Of a stretch of 64,000 nt of DNA, positions 53,268 to 63,072 are shown piece by piece (positions within the stretch are counted from its first letter, which is position 1; the number at the start of each line of letters is the position of its first letter). The notes beneath the pieces were generated by a model. That model was not told where the DNA came from. It did no database searches and saw only the letters and a list, made by a program, of their open reading frames with translations. A program made the translations under genes and the position numbers. The stretch spans positions 15,592 to 79,591 of the forward strand of contig CASTSB010000006.1 of the NCBI GenBank assembly GCA_949451605.1, written 5' to 3'. Source of the stretch: an uncultured Bacilli bacterium. Lineage in GTDB: Bacteria > Bacillota_I > Bacilli_A > RF39 > UBA660.

Positions 53268-53366
53268 TTGCAATTTGTAAATTTTATATGTTATGATGAA
53301 GACGCTTAGATGATACTTAGTAATAGTGTCAAGTAGTTTGCAAAAACTAAAGCTTTTAGTTATAAT
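53268..53366 (+). promoter_or_regulatory. Tandem sigmaA promoters upstream of parE
   Basis: TTGCAA-18-TATGAT and TTGCAA-17-TATAAT. Confidence 0.55.
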
Positions 53367-53398
53367 AAATTGTAGTAATTATTAGGAGTGATAACAAA

Positions 53399-55300
53399 AT
53401 GGCAGGGAAGTATGATGCATCATCAATTAAAATATTAGAGGGATTAGAGGCAGTAAGAAAAAGACCTGGAATGTATATTGGTTCAACAGATAAAAGAGGA
53501 CTACATCATCTTATTTGGGAAATTGTTGATAATTCAGTTGATGAAGCCATTAATGGTTATGGTGATTATATAAAAATAATTCTTCATAAGGATAAGTCAG
53601 TTAGTGTTGAGGATCATGGTCGTGGTGTTCCGACTGGAATGCATGAATCTGGTAAAAGTGCAGCTGAGGTTATTTATACAGTTCTTCATGCTGGTGGTAA
53701 GTTTGAATCAGATGGTTATAAAGTATCTGGAGGACTTCATGGTGTTGGATCTTCAGTTGTTAATGCTTTATCTAAATGGATGGAAGTTACTATTAAGCGA
53801 GATAAAAAAGAATATTATATAAGATTTGAAGATGGAGGACATGTTGCTGTTCCATTAAAAGAAGTTGGAAGCGCTAGAACTACAGGAACTACAGTAAGAT
53901 TTTTACCTGATGAAGAAATCTTTTCTTCTACAAATTTTTCTTATACTACAGTTTGTGAACGTATGCAAGAATCTGCATTTTTACTTAAAGGTATTACAAT
54001 TGAAGTAGTGGATGAAGAAGATGAAAGAGAAGTAAAATATCATTATGAACGAGGAATAGAACAATTTGTTGAAGATTTAAATAAAGGAAAAACTACACTT
54101 CATAAAGTATTATCATTTGATGGAGTAAAAGATAATATTGAAGTAGATATTTCAATGCAATATACTGATTCTTATAATGAAAATATTGTTAGTTTCGTTA
54201 ATAATGTAAAAACAATAGATGGTGGTTCGCATGAAGTTGGATTTAAAACAGCTTTAACAAAAGTATTTAATGACTACGCAAAAACTAATGGTTTCTTTAA
54301 ATCTAATGAGAAAAATTTTGAAGGTAGTGATGTTCGAGAAGGATTGACTGCAATCGTTAGTTTAAAAATTCCTGAGGGAATATTGCAGTTTGAAGGTCAA
54401 ACTAAAGGTAAACTTGGAACACCTCAAGCTAAGAGTGCAGTAGAAGCAATTGTTACAGAAAAAGTAAAAATATTTTTAGAAGAAAATCGTGCAATTGCGA
54501 CTGATATAATTAATAAGTCTTTAAAAAGTAAAGTAGCAAGAGAAGCAGCAAGACGCGCAAGGGAAGAAGCTAGAAAAGGAACTAAGAAAAATCCAAAAGA
54601 AAGATCATTATCAGGAAAGCTTGCACCTGCTCAAAGTAAGGATAAAGCAAAAAAAGAGTTATTCTTAGTCGAAGGAGATTCAGCTGGTGGTTCTGCAAAA
54701 CAAGGTAGAGATAGAAAATACCAAGCTATTCTTCCTTTAAGAGGTAAAGTATTAAATACAGAAAAAACAAAAGAAGATGATATCTTAAAAAACGAAGAAA
54801 TTAATACAATGATTTATACAATTGGTGCGGGATATGGCTCTAATTTTGATATAAAAGATTGTGAATATTCGAAAGTTATAATCATGAGCGATGCAGATGA
54901 AGATGGTGGACATATTCAATGTTTATTACTTACTTTCTTCTATAGATATATGCGTCCTTTGATTGAAGATGGTAGACTTTTTGTTGCATTACCTCCACTT
55001 TTTAAAGTTCAATCTGGAAAGAATGTTGAATATGCTTATACAGTAGATGAAATGAAAGAAAAAACTAAAGGTAAAAAATGTGATATTCAAAGATATAAAG
55101 GACTTGGTGAAATGAATGCAGATCAATTATGTGAGACAACAATGAAGCCAGGTAGTCGTACTTTGATTCGTGTAAATATTGAAGATGCTCAACTTGCAGA
55201 AAAACGAGTTTCTATTTTGATGGGTGATGATGTTCCACCTAGAAAAGAATGGATAGAGGAAAATGTTGAATTTTCACTTGAAGATGATTATGAGATTTAG
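53399..55300 (+). CDS. parE: DNA topoisomerase IV subunit B
   Basis: LEGLEAVRKRPGMYIGSTD, VEGDSAGGSAKQGRDR, QRYKGLGEMNADQL, RKEWIEENV. Confidence 0.93.
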   Translation: MAGKYDASSIKILEGLEAVRKRPGMYIGSTDKRGLHHLIWEIVDNSVDEAINGYGDYIKIILHKDKSVSVEDHGRGVPTGMHESGKSAAEVIYTVLHAGGKFESDGYKVSGGLHGVGSSVVNALSKWMEVTIKRDKKEYYIRFEDGGHVAVPLKEVGSARTTGTTVRFLPDEEIFSSTNFSYTTVCERMQESAFLLKGITIEVVDEEDEREVKYHYERGIEQFVEDLNKGKTTLHKVLSFDGVKDNIEVDISMQYTDSYNENIVSFVNNVKTIDGGSHEVGFKTALTKVFNDYAKTNGFFKSNEKNFEGSDVREGLTAIVSLKIPEGILQFEGQTKGKLGTPQAKSAVEAIVTEKVKIFLEENRAIATDIINKSLKSKVAREAARRAREEARKGTKKNPKERSLSGKLAPAQSKDKAKKELFLVEGDSAGGSAKQGRDRKYQAILPLRGKVLNTEKTKEDDILKNEEINTMIYTIGAGYGSNFDIKDCEYSKVIIMSDADEDGGHIQCLLLTFFYRYMRPLIEDGRLFVALPPLFKVQSGKNVEYAYTVDEMKEKTKGKKCDIQRYKGLGEMNADQLCETTMKPGSRTLIRVNIEDAQLAEKRVSILMGDDVPPRKEWIEENVEFSLEDDYEI

Positions 55301-55314
55301 GAGGTAGATTAGAT

Positions 55315-57876
55315 ATGGCAAAGAAAAACGAAACAGAAGAAGTAATTGAAAAAATATTTGACTATACTCTTGAAGATATCATGGGTGAAAGATTTGGTAG
55401 TTATTCTAAGTATATTATTCAAGATCGTGCTATACCTGATGCTAGAGATGGTTTAAAGCCAGTGCAAAGAAGAATTCTATATTCAATGCACAAAGAGAAG
55501 AATACTTATGATAAGGGTTATAGAAAAAGTGCTAAGACTGTTGGAGACGTTATAGGTAATTACCATCCACATGGAGATACTTCAATATATGATGCGATGG
55601 TTAGAATGAGTCAACCTTGGAAGACTAGACTTCCATATATAGATATGCATGGTAATAATGGTTCTATTGATGGAGATAGTCCTGCGGCTTATCGTTATAC
55701 AGAAGCAAGACTTTCAAAAATATCAAATGAAATGCTAAGAGATATTGATAAAGATACTGTTGAGTTTTCTCCAAACTTTGATGATACAACGATTGAACCA
55801 ACGGTACTTCCTGCAAGATTTCCTGCACTTCTTGTATATGGAGCTCAAGGAATTTCTGCTGGATATGCAACAAATATTCCAACACATAATTTAAATGAAG
55901 TAGTTGATGCAACAATTTACCGTATTGATCATCCAGAATGTAGTTTAGATGATTTAATGAAGTTTGTAAAAGGGCCTGATTTTCCAACTGGTGGTACGAT
56001 AGAAGGACTAGATGGTATACGTGATGCATATAAAACAGGAAGAGGTAGAATTGTAATAAAGAGTAAATATCACTTTGAAGAGAGTAAAAGTGCTATTTCT
56101 TTAATAATTACGGAAATACCATTTGAAAGTAATAAAGCATTAACTGTTAAAAAAATAGATGATATTAGAATTGATAAAAAAATAGATGGCATTATAGAAG
56201 TTAGAGATGAATCAGCTGCAGATGTTCGAATTGTTATAGATATAAAGAAAAATGCTAATAAAGAATTAATATTAAATTATTTACTTAAAAATACTGATAT
56301 GCAAATTAGTTATAACTTTAATATGGTTGCGATTGTTAATAGAAGACCAAAGTTACTTGGACTTGTTCAAGCATTAGATGCTTTTATTGCTCATCAAAAA
56401 GAGGTTGTTAAAAGAAGAACCGAATTTGATTTGAAACATGCAAAAGCAAGATTTCATATTGTTGAAGGTTTAATTAAATGTATTTCTATTTTGGATGAAG
56501 TAATAGCAGTAATTCGTGCTTCTCAAAATAAAGCTAATGCTAAAGAAAATATCATGGAAAAATTTGGATTTAGCGAAGCACAAGCTGAAGCTATTGTTGT
56601 ATTACAACTTTATAGATTAACTAATACCGATGTTGTAGCTCTTGAAAAAGAGTTAGCTGACCTACAAAAAATTATTGAAGGTTTATCAGCTATTCTTGCA
56701 TCAGAGGCTGTATTAAAATCAGTAATGAAGAAAGATTTAAAAGATGTTAACCGTGAATATCCAACTGAGAGACTTACAGATATAAAAGAAGAAATTACAG
56801 AAATTAAGATTGATACTCAAGCAATGATTTCTAAAGAAGATGTTGTAGTAGTAGTAACAAAAGATGGATATTTAAAACGTACTTCGTTTAGATCTTTCCA
56901 AGCTTCTCAAATGGAAGATTTAACTTTAAAAGAAAATGATTATATTATTGGTTTATATGAAATGAATACTACGGACGTTTTATTAGTATTTACTAGTGGA
57001 GGAAATTATTTACATATTCCAGTTCATATGATTCCTGATTTAAAATGGAAAGATATGCCAAAGCATGTAAGTAATGTAATAGAAGTACCTGCTGGAGAAG
57101 TTATAGTTTCATCAATTCCAGCATATCAATTTGAGTCAGATAAGAATATTATTACTGTAACTAAGGGTGGTATAGTTAAACGTTCACCTTTAAAAGATTT
57201 TAAACTTCAAAGATTTTCTAAAGCATCTAGTTGTATGAAATTAAAAGATATGGATGTTTTACTTGATGCATTTGTAGAAGAAGATAAATATTTAATGATG
57301 ATTGCAGACTCTGGTTATATGTTAACGTTTGATGTTTCTGAGATACCTCTTCAAGGAGTTAAGGCTAGTGGTGTTAAAGGTATGATGCTTAAGAATGATT
57401 CTATTGTTTCTAGTGGAACTTTTGATTATCGAAAACATGAGTTTATTAGTATCATTACAACGAAGACTGGAAAGAGAGTAAGACTTAATGAGTTTGAATT
57501 ATCAACTAGAACAAGGCGAGGAATTCTTGCGGTTAGAGAAGTAAAATCTAATCCTTGTAAAATACTTAAAGCTTTTATAATAGATTCACGTAAATTTATT
57601 GGTATTAAAAATGGTGATATTAAAGTATTTAAGGCAACTGAACTTCCTATTGCAGATAGACATTCTACTGGTAGTCAAATATCTAAGAGTGATTTAGATG
57701 ATGCCTTTGCAGTAAGTGAATTGACTTCTCCAAGTAGTCATGAAGAAAAAATAGAAATACTTGATACAGAGGAAGTTAAGGAAGAAGTCCCTGTAAAAGA
57801 GATTTCTAAAAAGGATAAGGTATCTTTATCAGAGATAGATGATAGATTAATGACGATAGATGATTTTCTAAAATAG
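55315..57876 (+). CDS. parC: DNA topoisomerase IV subunit A
   Basis: MGERFGSYSKYIIQDRAIPDARDGLKPVQRR, YHPHGDTS, YRYTEARL. Confidence 0.93.
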   Translation: MAKKNETEEVIEKIFDYTLEDIMGERFGSYSKYIIQDRAIPDARDGLKPVQRRILYSMHKEKNTYDKGYRKSAKTVGDVIGNYHPHGDTSIYDAMVRMSQPWKTRLPYIDMHGNNGSIDGDSPAAYRYTEARLSKISNEMLRDIDKDTVEFSPNFDDTTIEPTVLPARFPALLVYGAQGISAGYATNIPTHNLNEVVDATIYRIDHPECSLDDLMKFVKGPDFPTGGTIEGLDGIRDAYKTGRGRIVIKSKYHFEESKSAISLIITEIPFESNKALTVKKIDDIRIDKKIDGIIEVRDESAADVRIVIDIKKNANKELILNYLLKNTDMQISYNFNMVAIVNRRPKLLGLVQALDAFIAHQKEVVKRRTEFDLKHAKARFHIVEGLIKCISILDEVIAVIRASQNKANAKENIMEKFGFSEAQAEAIVVLQLYRLTNTDVVALEKELADLQKIIEGLSAILASEAVLKSVMKKDLKDVNREYPTERLTDIKEEITEIKIDTQAMISKEDVVVVVTKDGYLKRTSFRSFQASQMEDLTLKENDYIIGLYEMNTTDVLLVFTSGGNYLHIPVHMIPDLKWKDMPKHVSNVIEVPAGEVIVSSIPAYQFESDKNIITVTKGGIVKRSPLKDFKLQRFSKASSCMKLKDMDVLLDAFVEEDKYLMMIADSGYMLTFDVSEIPLQGVKASGVKGMMLKNDSIVSSGTFDYRKHEFISIITTKTGKRVRLNEFELSTRTRRGILAVREVKSNPCKILKAFIIDSRKFIGIKNGDIKVFKATELPIADRHSTGSQISKSDLDDAFAVSELTSPSSHEEKIEILDTEEVKEEVPVKEISKKDKVSLSEIDDRLMTIDDFLK

Positions 57877-57882
57877 TTATTG

Positions 57883-57914
57883 AAGATAAACTAATTAATA
57901 AGTTTATCTTTTTT
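57883..57914 (+). terminator. Intrinsic terminator after parC
   Basis: aagataaact-N8-agtttatctt plus T run. Confidence 0.85.
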
Positions 57915-57921
57915 AGTTTAA

Positions 57922-57950
57922 TAGACAATTATTGTTAAATGTAATATACT
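57922..57950 (+). promoter_or_regulatory. sigmaA promoter of family B copy 3
   Basis: TAGACA-17nt-TATACT. Confidence 0.65.
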
Positions 57951-57972
57951 GTTATTAGTTAAAATAGTAGAG

Positions 57973-58680
57973 GTGTTTAAATTGAAAAAGCAAATAGATA
58001 GAAAATTACTAGTAATAATAGTATTATTAATTGGAGTTGGAATGTTATCGGTAGGGCTTGCAGCATTTTCAAGTAATTTGAATATTAAGTCTAGTACAAC
58101 AGTTTCTCCATCAAGTGAGAACTTTAAACTAGAGTTATCATGTTCTAAAGATGGGGCAGATGAATGTGAATTAGCTCCAACTTCTAATAATTCTGAATTA
58201 GTTGAGAAATCCTCAAAAGCTATAATTGAGAATAATGGTGATAGTTTAGTAATTAGAAATTTAAACTTTTATTTTACCGAACCTGGACAAGATTTAGCAT
58301 ATACTTTTTATGTAAGAAATATTGGTAATCTTGATGCCTATGTAGAACATTTTGGTCAAAGAAATATCGAAGGATACAATAGGGCTATTAGATGTACTGC
58401 TGGAGAAGGAACATCTCAAGCACTTGTTAATCAGCTTTGTGATGCTTCTTCAGAAAGTTTTAAATTATATTATAAAGCAATTCATTATGGAAGACATGGT
58501 AACGCTATTGATACAGCTTTTAGTGCTAGCAGATCGTTTGATCGTCCATTAGAAAAAGAAGGTAATGAAGTTCGATTAAATATTGTTTATGATACTAATG
58601 CCCCTAGAGTTGATGGACCAGTATCTATCGAGCTTGGAGAATTTTATATTAATTTTACATCTACTCCATACATCAAATAG
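57973..58680 (+). CDS. Exported ~230-aa TasA/CalY-like protein (family B, copy 3)
   Basis: SVGLA-AFSSNLNIKS, FTEPGQDLAYTFYVRNIG, CTAGEGTSQALVNQLC, DGPVSIEL. Confidence 0.72.
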   Translation: MFKLKKQIDRKLLVIIVLLIGVGMLSVGLAAFSSNLNIKSSTTVSPSSENFKLELSCSKDGADECELAPTSNNSELVEKSSKAIIENNGDSLVIRNLNFYFTEPGQDLAYTFYVRNIGNLDAYVEHFGQRNIEGYNRAIRCTAGEGTSQALVNQLCDASSESFKLYYKAIHYGRHGNAIDTAFSASRSFDRPLEKEGNEVRLNIVYDTNAPRVDGPVSIELGEFYINFTSTPYIK

Positions 58681-58747
58681 TAAGAATAATACTTAAATGT
58701 ATTGTTCTTTTCTTTTTTATTTAATCATATACTTTAGTGGTGATATT

Positions 58748-59113
58748 ATGTCTAAAGAGAGTTTTAAAATATTTGCTAAATCTCATCCTGAACTTGTGTC
58801 TCGTGTAATGAGTAATGAAGTATCTTGGCAGAATTTATATGAGTTATATGATATATATGGAGATAATAGTGAAATATGGAGTAAATATATTTCTAATACA
58901 GTATCTAATGTTGCTAAGAGTGATCTTTCTTTTAAAGAGGTTTTTAATAGTATAAAAAATGTTGATATGAATTCATTACAAAAAGGAATTGAAAATCTTC
59001 AAAAGACTGTGGGACTTCTACAAGATATTGGAATAGGTGGTGGAGGAGCTAGTAGTGCCGTAGCACCTAAAGGGTATGAACCTAAGCCACTTTATAGACA
59101 TCTAGAGGATTAG
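58748..59113 (+). CDS. ylbD: YlbD-like spore coat protein
   Basis: KESFKIFAKSHPEL, SWQNLYELYDIYG..SEIW; upstream CATATACT is sigmaE-like -10; synteny ylbD-E-F-rsmD. Confidence 0.75.
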   Translation: MSKESFKIFAKSHPELVSRVMSNEVSWQNLYELYDIYGDNSEIWSKYISNTVSNVAKSDLSFKEVFNSIKNVDMNSLQKGIENLQKTVGLLQDIGIGGGGASSAVAPKGYEPKPLYRHLED

Positions 59114-59115
59114 TT

Positions 59116-59337
59116 ATGGATCTTTATACAATTAATTATATAAAAAATAATCCTATTGTTTATAGATATTTAAGAGAAGATTCTTCCTGGTATAAATATT
59201 TAAATAGAAGTAGTGAACCTTTGAAAGTTATTGAAGAACTTGCGAAAAAAAAGTATGGGTATACACCAGAAGCAAGGCTTAAAAAAATATCTGATAATAT
59301 TGATTTGATTTCTTCATTTTTGGAAGTTTTAAAGTAA
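59116..59337 (+). CDS. ylbE: YlbE-like protein
   Basis: YLREDSSWYKYLNR; synteny. Confidence 0.75.
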   Translation: MDLYTINYIKNNPIVYRYLREDSSWYKYLNRSSEPLKVIEELAKKKYGYTPEARLKKISDNIDLISSFLEVLK

Positions 59338-59372
59338 TAGACTTTAATATTAATTTTTGATAAAATAAGCAT

Positions 59373-59654
59373 ATGGAAGAGTTAATAGAAAAAGTAGAAA
59401 ATTTAAAGAATTTATTAGATAAAAGTGATGAAGTTATTAGAATTAGAGAGTTAAATAAGAAACTTGATGATGAAGAGTTTTTAAGGCTTATTGATGAATT
59501 TAAGGTTACAAAAAATATGGAAGTAAAGAATAAAATTTTATCTAATGAAGAATTTGTAGAATATAAAGAATTAGAAAATAAAATTAATTTATTAATCTTA
59601 AAGATTAATCAAGAATTAAAGAAAATTAGTAGTAAGGGTAAGTGTTTTAGATGA
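59373..59654 (+). CDS. ylbF: YlbF/YmcA-family (RicF-like) regulator, short
   Basis: Helical 93-aa protein ending in GKC; synteny; appears leaderless after TAGACT-17-TAAAAT. Confidence 0.55.
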   Translation: MEELIEKVENLKNLLDKSDEVIRIRELNKKLDDEEFLRLIDEFKVTKNMEVKNKILSNEEFVEYKELENKINLLILKINQELKKISSKGKCFR

Positions 59655-60196
59655 AAGTAATAAGTGGGATATATAAAGGAAGAAATATATTAGGCTATGA
59701 TCTTGATGGTACTAGACCTACAATGGATAGAGTTAAGGAATCTTTATTTGCGATGATTCAAGACTATATTAAAGATGCAGTTATACTTGATTTATTTTCA
59801 GGTAGTGGGAATCTTGGAATAGAAGCTCTATCTAATGGAGCGAAAGAGGCTTATTTAGTTGATTATAATAGAAAAGCTTATAATACAATTAAAACTAACA
59901 TTGATAATTTAGGAATAAATAATGCTAGTATTTTAAATATGGATTATAAAGAGGCTTTAACTAATTTAAATAAAACAGATAAAAAATTTGATGTAATATT
60001 TTTAGATCCACCATATAAGACAGATTATATTGAGAAGAGTATTACTTTAATTGATAAATATAAATTACTTACTTCTAATGGTATTATCGTTTGTGAAAAT
60101 GAGAGTTTAGATCGTATTGTTTATCCTATAAATTTTAAGGCAATTAAAGATAAAAAATATGGCAATAAATGGGTAGTCATTCTAAAGCAGTTGTGA
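59651..60196 (+). CDS. rsmD: 16S rRNA m2G966 methyltransferase RsmD
   Basis: TRPTMDRVKESLF, LDLFSGSGNLGIEALS, FLDPPY. Confidence 0.96.
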   Translation: MKVISGIYKGRNILGYDLDGTRPTMDRVKESLFAMIQDYIKDAVILDLFSGSGNLGIEALSNGAKEAYLVDYNRKAYNTIKTNIDNLGINNASILNMDYKEALTNLNKTDKKFDVIFLDPPYKTDYIEKSITLIDKYKLLTSNGIIVCENESLDRIVYPINFKAIKDKKYGNKWVVILKQL

Positions 60197-60226
60197 TAAA
60201 ATTGTTTTAGAATAGATGGTGATTTA

Positions 60227-61348
60227 ATGAAAAGATTGAATAATAAGGGGTTTGCCTTTTCAACTATTTTATATGGATTAATGATTATGGGATTTATGGT
60301 TGTTATTCTTATTATGAGTACTATGCAAACTAATAGAATGACTAATAAAGCTTTTATAGAAAATATTGAAGGTGAATTAAATAGATATAGTTTTACAGAT
60401 ACTGAATTTGAACCAAATGATGATTATTCTGCTCAGGAGTTTATTGTACCTGAAGGACAAGGTGGTATATATAAGATAGAACTTTGGGGAGCAAAGGGAG
60501 ATAAAGATGGAAATTATACTTCGGCTTTAGTTTCTTTACCAGAAAACTCGGCAATTTATTTTAAAATAGGAAGTAGTAAAGCAGATGCAAAAAGGGAAAC
60601 GTTAGTGATGTATGAGTCAACTGATGAAAGTGGTACTTTTTTGAACACTAGAGTTGCTCCTGAGAGTCCTTTGGCATTGTCATTACCTGGTGAAGGGATA
60701 AAATATCAATTAAATTCTATTGAAGCTAATAATACTAATGGTAAAGCAATGATTCAAAAAATTGATATCCAACCTTTACTTAATATGTTGAGTAATTTGG
60801 AAGGTAGACCTAAAAAATTTTCTGATTTGGATGCTTATTCTTCAGGAGTCTATTTTGATTTTGACCAAGCAATGAATATTACGTATTATTTGAGCGTTGG
60901 TAAAAGTAATAAGGATGAGATCGGTAATGATAAGTACGATAACTATTTAACTAGATCAGGTGGAGAAGATGTTAAGCTAACTAAGCTTAATGCTATTCCA
61001 AGTCAAAAATGGTTATTTACTAAGAATTCTGATGGAAGAACTTATAGAATTGCTGCACAAGATTCCCAATATGTATTACAATTACATAATCATGAAACTT
61101 ATGATGGATCTCCAGTAGTTGCTGGTAAGTTTGAAGGAGCTAGTAAGGATGACTCTAAATTTGACTGGGAAAAATGGATAATTGTTCGCGAATCTATGGG
61201 TTACTATAAAATATGTTCTTTTATGGATGAAAAGTTTTGTTTAACTCAGGAAAAATCAGGGGATGATCTTCGTCTTGTTGTTACTAATAAAAATGTTGCT
61301 AGTAACAAGGAACAGCAACAAATTTCATTTACTTTAGCAAGTTATTAA
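60227..61348 (+). CDS. Class III signal peptide (pilin-like) protein with C-terminal ricin-B-like lectin domain
   Basis: NNKG-FAFSTIL plus hydrophobic helix; GIYKIELWGAKG; SQKWLFTK..GRTYRI..YVL and EKWII..GYYKI..FCLT beta-trefoil-like repeats. Confidence 0.65.
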   Translation: MKRLNNKGFAFSTILYGLMIMGFMVVILIMSTMQTNRMTNKAFIENIEGELNRYSFTDTEFEPNDDYSAQEFIVPEGQGGIYKIELWGAKGDKDGNYTSALVSLPENSAIYFKIGSSKADAKRETLVMYESTDESGTFLNTRVAPESPLALSLPGEGIKYQLNSIEANNTNGKAMIQKIDIQPLLNMLSNLEGRPKKFSDLDAYSSGVYFDFDQAMNITYYLSVGKSNKDEIGNDKYDNYLTRSGGEDVKLTKLNAIPSQKWLFTKNSDGRTYRIAAQDSQYVLQLHNHETYDGSPVVAGKFEGASKDDSKFDWEKWIIVRESMGYYKICSFMDEKFCLTQEKSGDDLRLVVTNKNVASNKEQQQISFTLASY

Positions 61349-61350
61349 GT

Positions 61351-61371
61351 AGTAGTAAAATACTACTTTTT
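61351..61371 (+). terminator. Intrinsic terminator
   Basis: agtagta-aaa-tactact plus T run. Confidence 0.7.
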
Positions 61372-61385
61372 ATATTTTGATTTTT

Positions 61386-61457
61386 TTAGCACATACTATT
61401 GACAAGTGCTAAGGAAAGTAATAGAATTAATTTAGCACTTAGAAAAATGAGTGCTAG
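61386..61457 (+). promoter_or_regulatory. Two tandem CIRCE (HrcA operator) elements with sigmaA promoter
   Basis: TTAGCACAT-N9-AAGTGCTAA (61386-61412, containing TTGACA) and TTAGCACTT-N8-GAGTGCTAG (61432-61457). Confidence 0.9.
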
Positions 61458-61470
61458 GAGGTTGATGGCT

Positions 61471-62460
61471 GTGTTGAGTCAAAGACAAGAAAAGATTTTA
61501 AAGTTAATCGTAGAAAGATACATTAAAGAACCTATACCGGTTGGTTCTAAGGTATTATCTAAAATCCTAAATTGCTCCAGTGCGACAGTGCGTAATGAAA
61601 TGGCGACTCTGGAAGATAATGGATTACTAGAAAAAACTCATACATCATCTGGTAGAGTTCCTAGTGAAGCTGGTTATCGTTATTATGTAGATAACTTAAT
61701 GGAACTTAAAAAGATGAATGCAGAGGATATGTTAAAATTACAAATCGTCTTTAAAAATCAACAATTAGCTTTATCTGATGTTATCTCCAAGAGTTTGCAA
61801 ATAATTTCAGATATGACAAACTATACAACTGTTGTGCTTGGGAATAGTTCTCATGAGAATCTTCTTAAACAAATAGAAGTAGTTCCGATTGATGAAGAAA
61901 GTATGGTAGTTTTAATAGTTACTGACAGAGGATATGTAGAACATAAGAATATTAAATTACAAGATGTTTCTACAGATGAAATTAAAAAGACTGTTGGATT
62001 AATCAACAACCTTATTTCAGGAACTCCAATTGATGAAGTTAGTAAAAAATTAGAGTTTGAAATAAAACCTATTATAGGAAATTATGTAAGACAACATGAA
62101 CAACTTTATAATGTTTTTTATCATGTATTTAATGATTTTTCTTCTCATGATGTAAATGTTGTAGGAAGAACTAAGATGTTAGAACAGCCAGAGTTTTCTA
62201 ATAATGTTGAAAAGATTAAAAACCTATTTAACAAATTAGAAAGTGAAGATACTTTTAGTAGTATTGAAGAAGATGACGACAATAATATCAAAGTTTTTAT
62301 CGGAGAAGAAAGTAAAATTGATGATGATGTTACTGTTATAAAAACTAAATTTAGAAATGGTAATGAAGAAGGTACTATAGCAATAATTGGACCTAAGAGA
62401 ATGGAATATGATCGAGTTGTTGGATTGTTAGAATACATGAGAGAAAATATTGAAAGGTAG
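61471..62460 (+). CDS. hrcA: Heat-inducible transcription repressor HrcA
   Basis: LSQRQEKIL, PVGSK, SSATVRNEM, HTSSGRVPS..GYRYYV, IGPKRMEY; start placed at GTG after AGGAGG. Confidence 0.97.
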   Translation: MLSQRQEKILKLIVERYIKEPIPVGSKVLSKILNCSSATVRNEMATLEDNGLLEKTHTSSGRVPSEAGYRYYVDNLMELKKMNAEDMLKLQIVFKNQQLALSDVISKSLQIISDMTNYTTVVLGNSSHENLLKQIEVVPIDEESMVVLIVTDRGYVEHKNIKLQDVSTDEIKKTVGLINNLISGTPIDEVSKKLEFEIKPIIGNYVRQHEQLYNVFYHVFNDFSSHDVNVVGRTKMLEQPEFSNNVEKIKNLFNKLESEDTFSSIEEDDDNNIKVFIGEESKIDDDVTVIKTKFRNGNEEGTIAIIGPKRMEYDRVVGLLEYMRENIER

Positions 62461-62466
62461 GTATTC

Positions 62467-63066
62467 ATGGATAAAGAAAAGCAAGAAGAACTTACTGAAG
62501 TTCTAGATGAAGTAGAAAATACTGAAGAAAAAAAGCCCTCAGGAAAAGATAAATGCCATTGTGATGGTAAAAAGAAAAAGGAACTAGAAAATAAAATTAA
62601 AGATTTGGAAGCAGAATTAAAGAATGCTAACGAAGAAAAAGAAAAACTAGTTGAAAAAGTTAAACTTGCTCAAGCTGAACTTATTAACTATAGATGTCGT
62701 AAAGATAAAGAAGTACAAGATAGTTTAAAATATTGTAATCAAAGTATTATTACTGATCTTGTTCCAGTAGTTGATAATTTTGAAAGAGCTATAAAATTAG
62801 ATGATAATAATTTAACTGATGAATTGTCAAAATTCTTAGTTGGATTTAAAATGATATATTCTTCTTTAAGTGGAATTTTAAAAACTTATGGAGTAGAGGA
62901 AATATCAAGACAAGGTGAAATATTTGATCCAAATCTTGAACAGGCTCTTCTTACTGATAGAGTAGAAGAACTTGAAAATGAAGCAGTTATAGAAGTATTA
63001 CAAAAAGGATATAAATTAAAAGACAGAGTAATAAGACCTGCTTCTGTTAAAATTAATCAAAAATAA
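62467..63066 (+). CDS. grpE: Nucleotide exchange factor GrpE
   Basis: PVVDNFERA, FDPNLEQA, QKGYKLKDRVIRPASV. Confidence 0.97.
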   Translation: MDKEKQEELTEVLDEVENTEEKKPSGKDKCHCDGKKKKELENKIKDLEAELKNANEEKEKLVEKVKLAQAELINYRCRKDKEVQDSLKYCNQSIITDLVPVVDNFERAIKLDDNNLTDELSKFLVGFKMIYSSLSGILKTYGVEEISRQGEIFDPNLEQALLTDRVEELENEAVIEVLQKGYKLKDRVIRPASVKINQK

Positions 63067-63072
63067 ATATAA

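Noticed and set aside
53399-57876. gyrB/gyrA assignment
   Set aside because: KQGRDR and GSTD..GLHHL in the B subunit and MGERFGxYSKYIIQDRA in the A subunit are Firmicute ParE/ParC-type.
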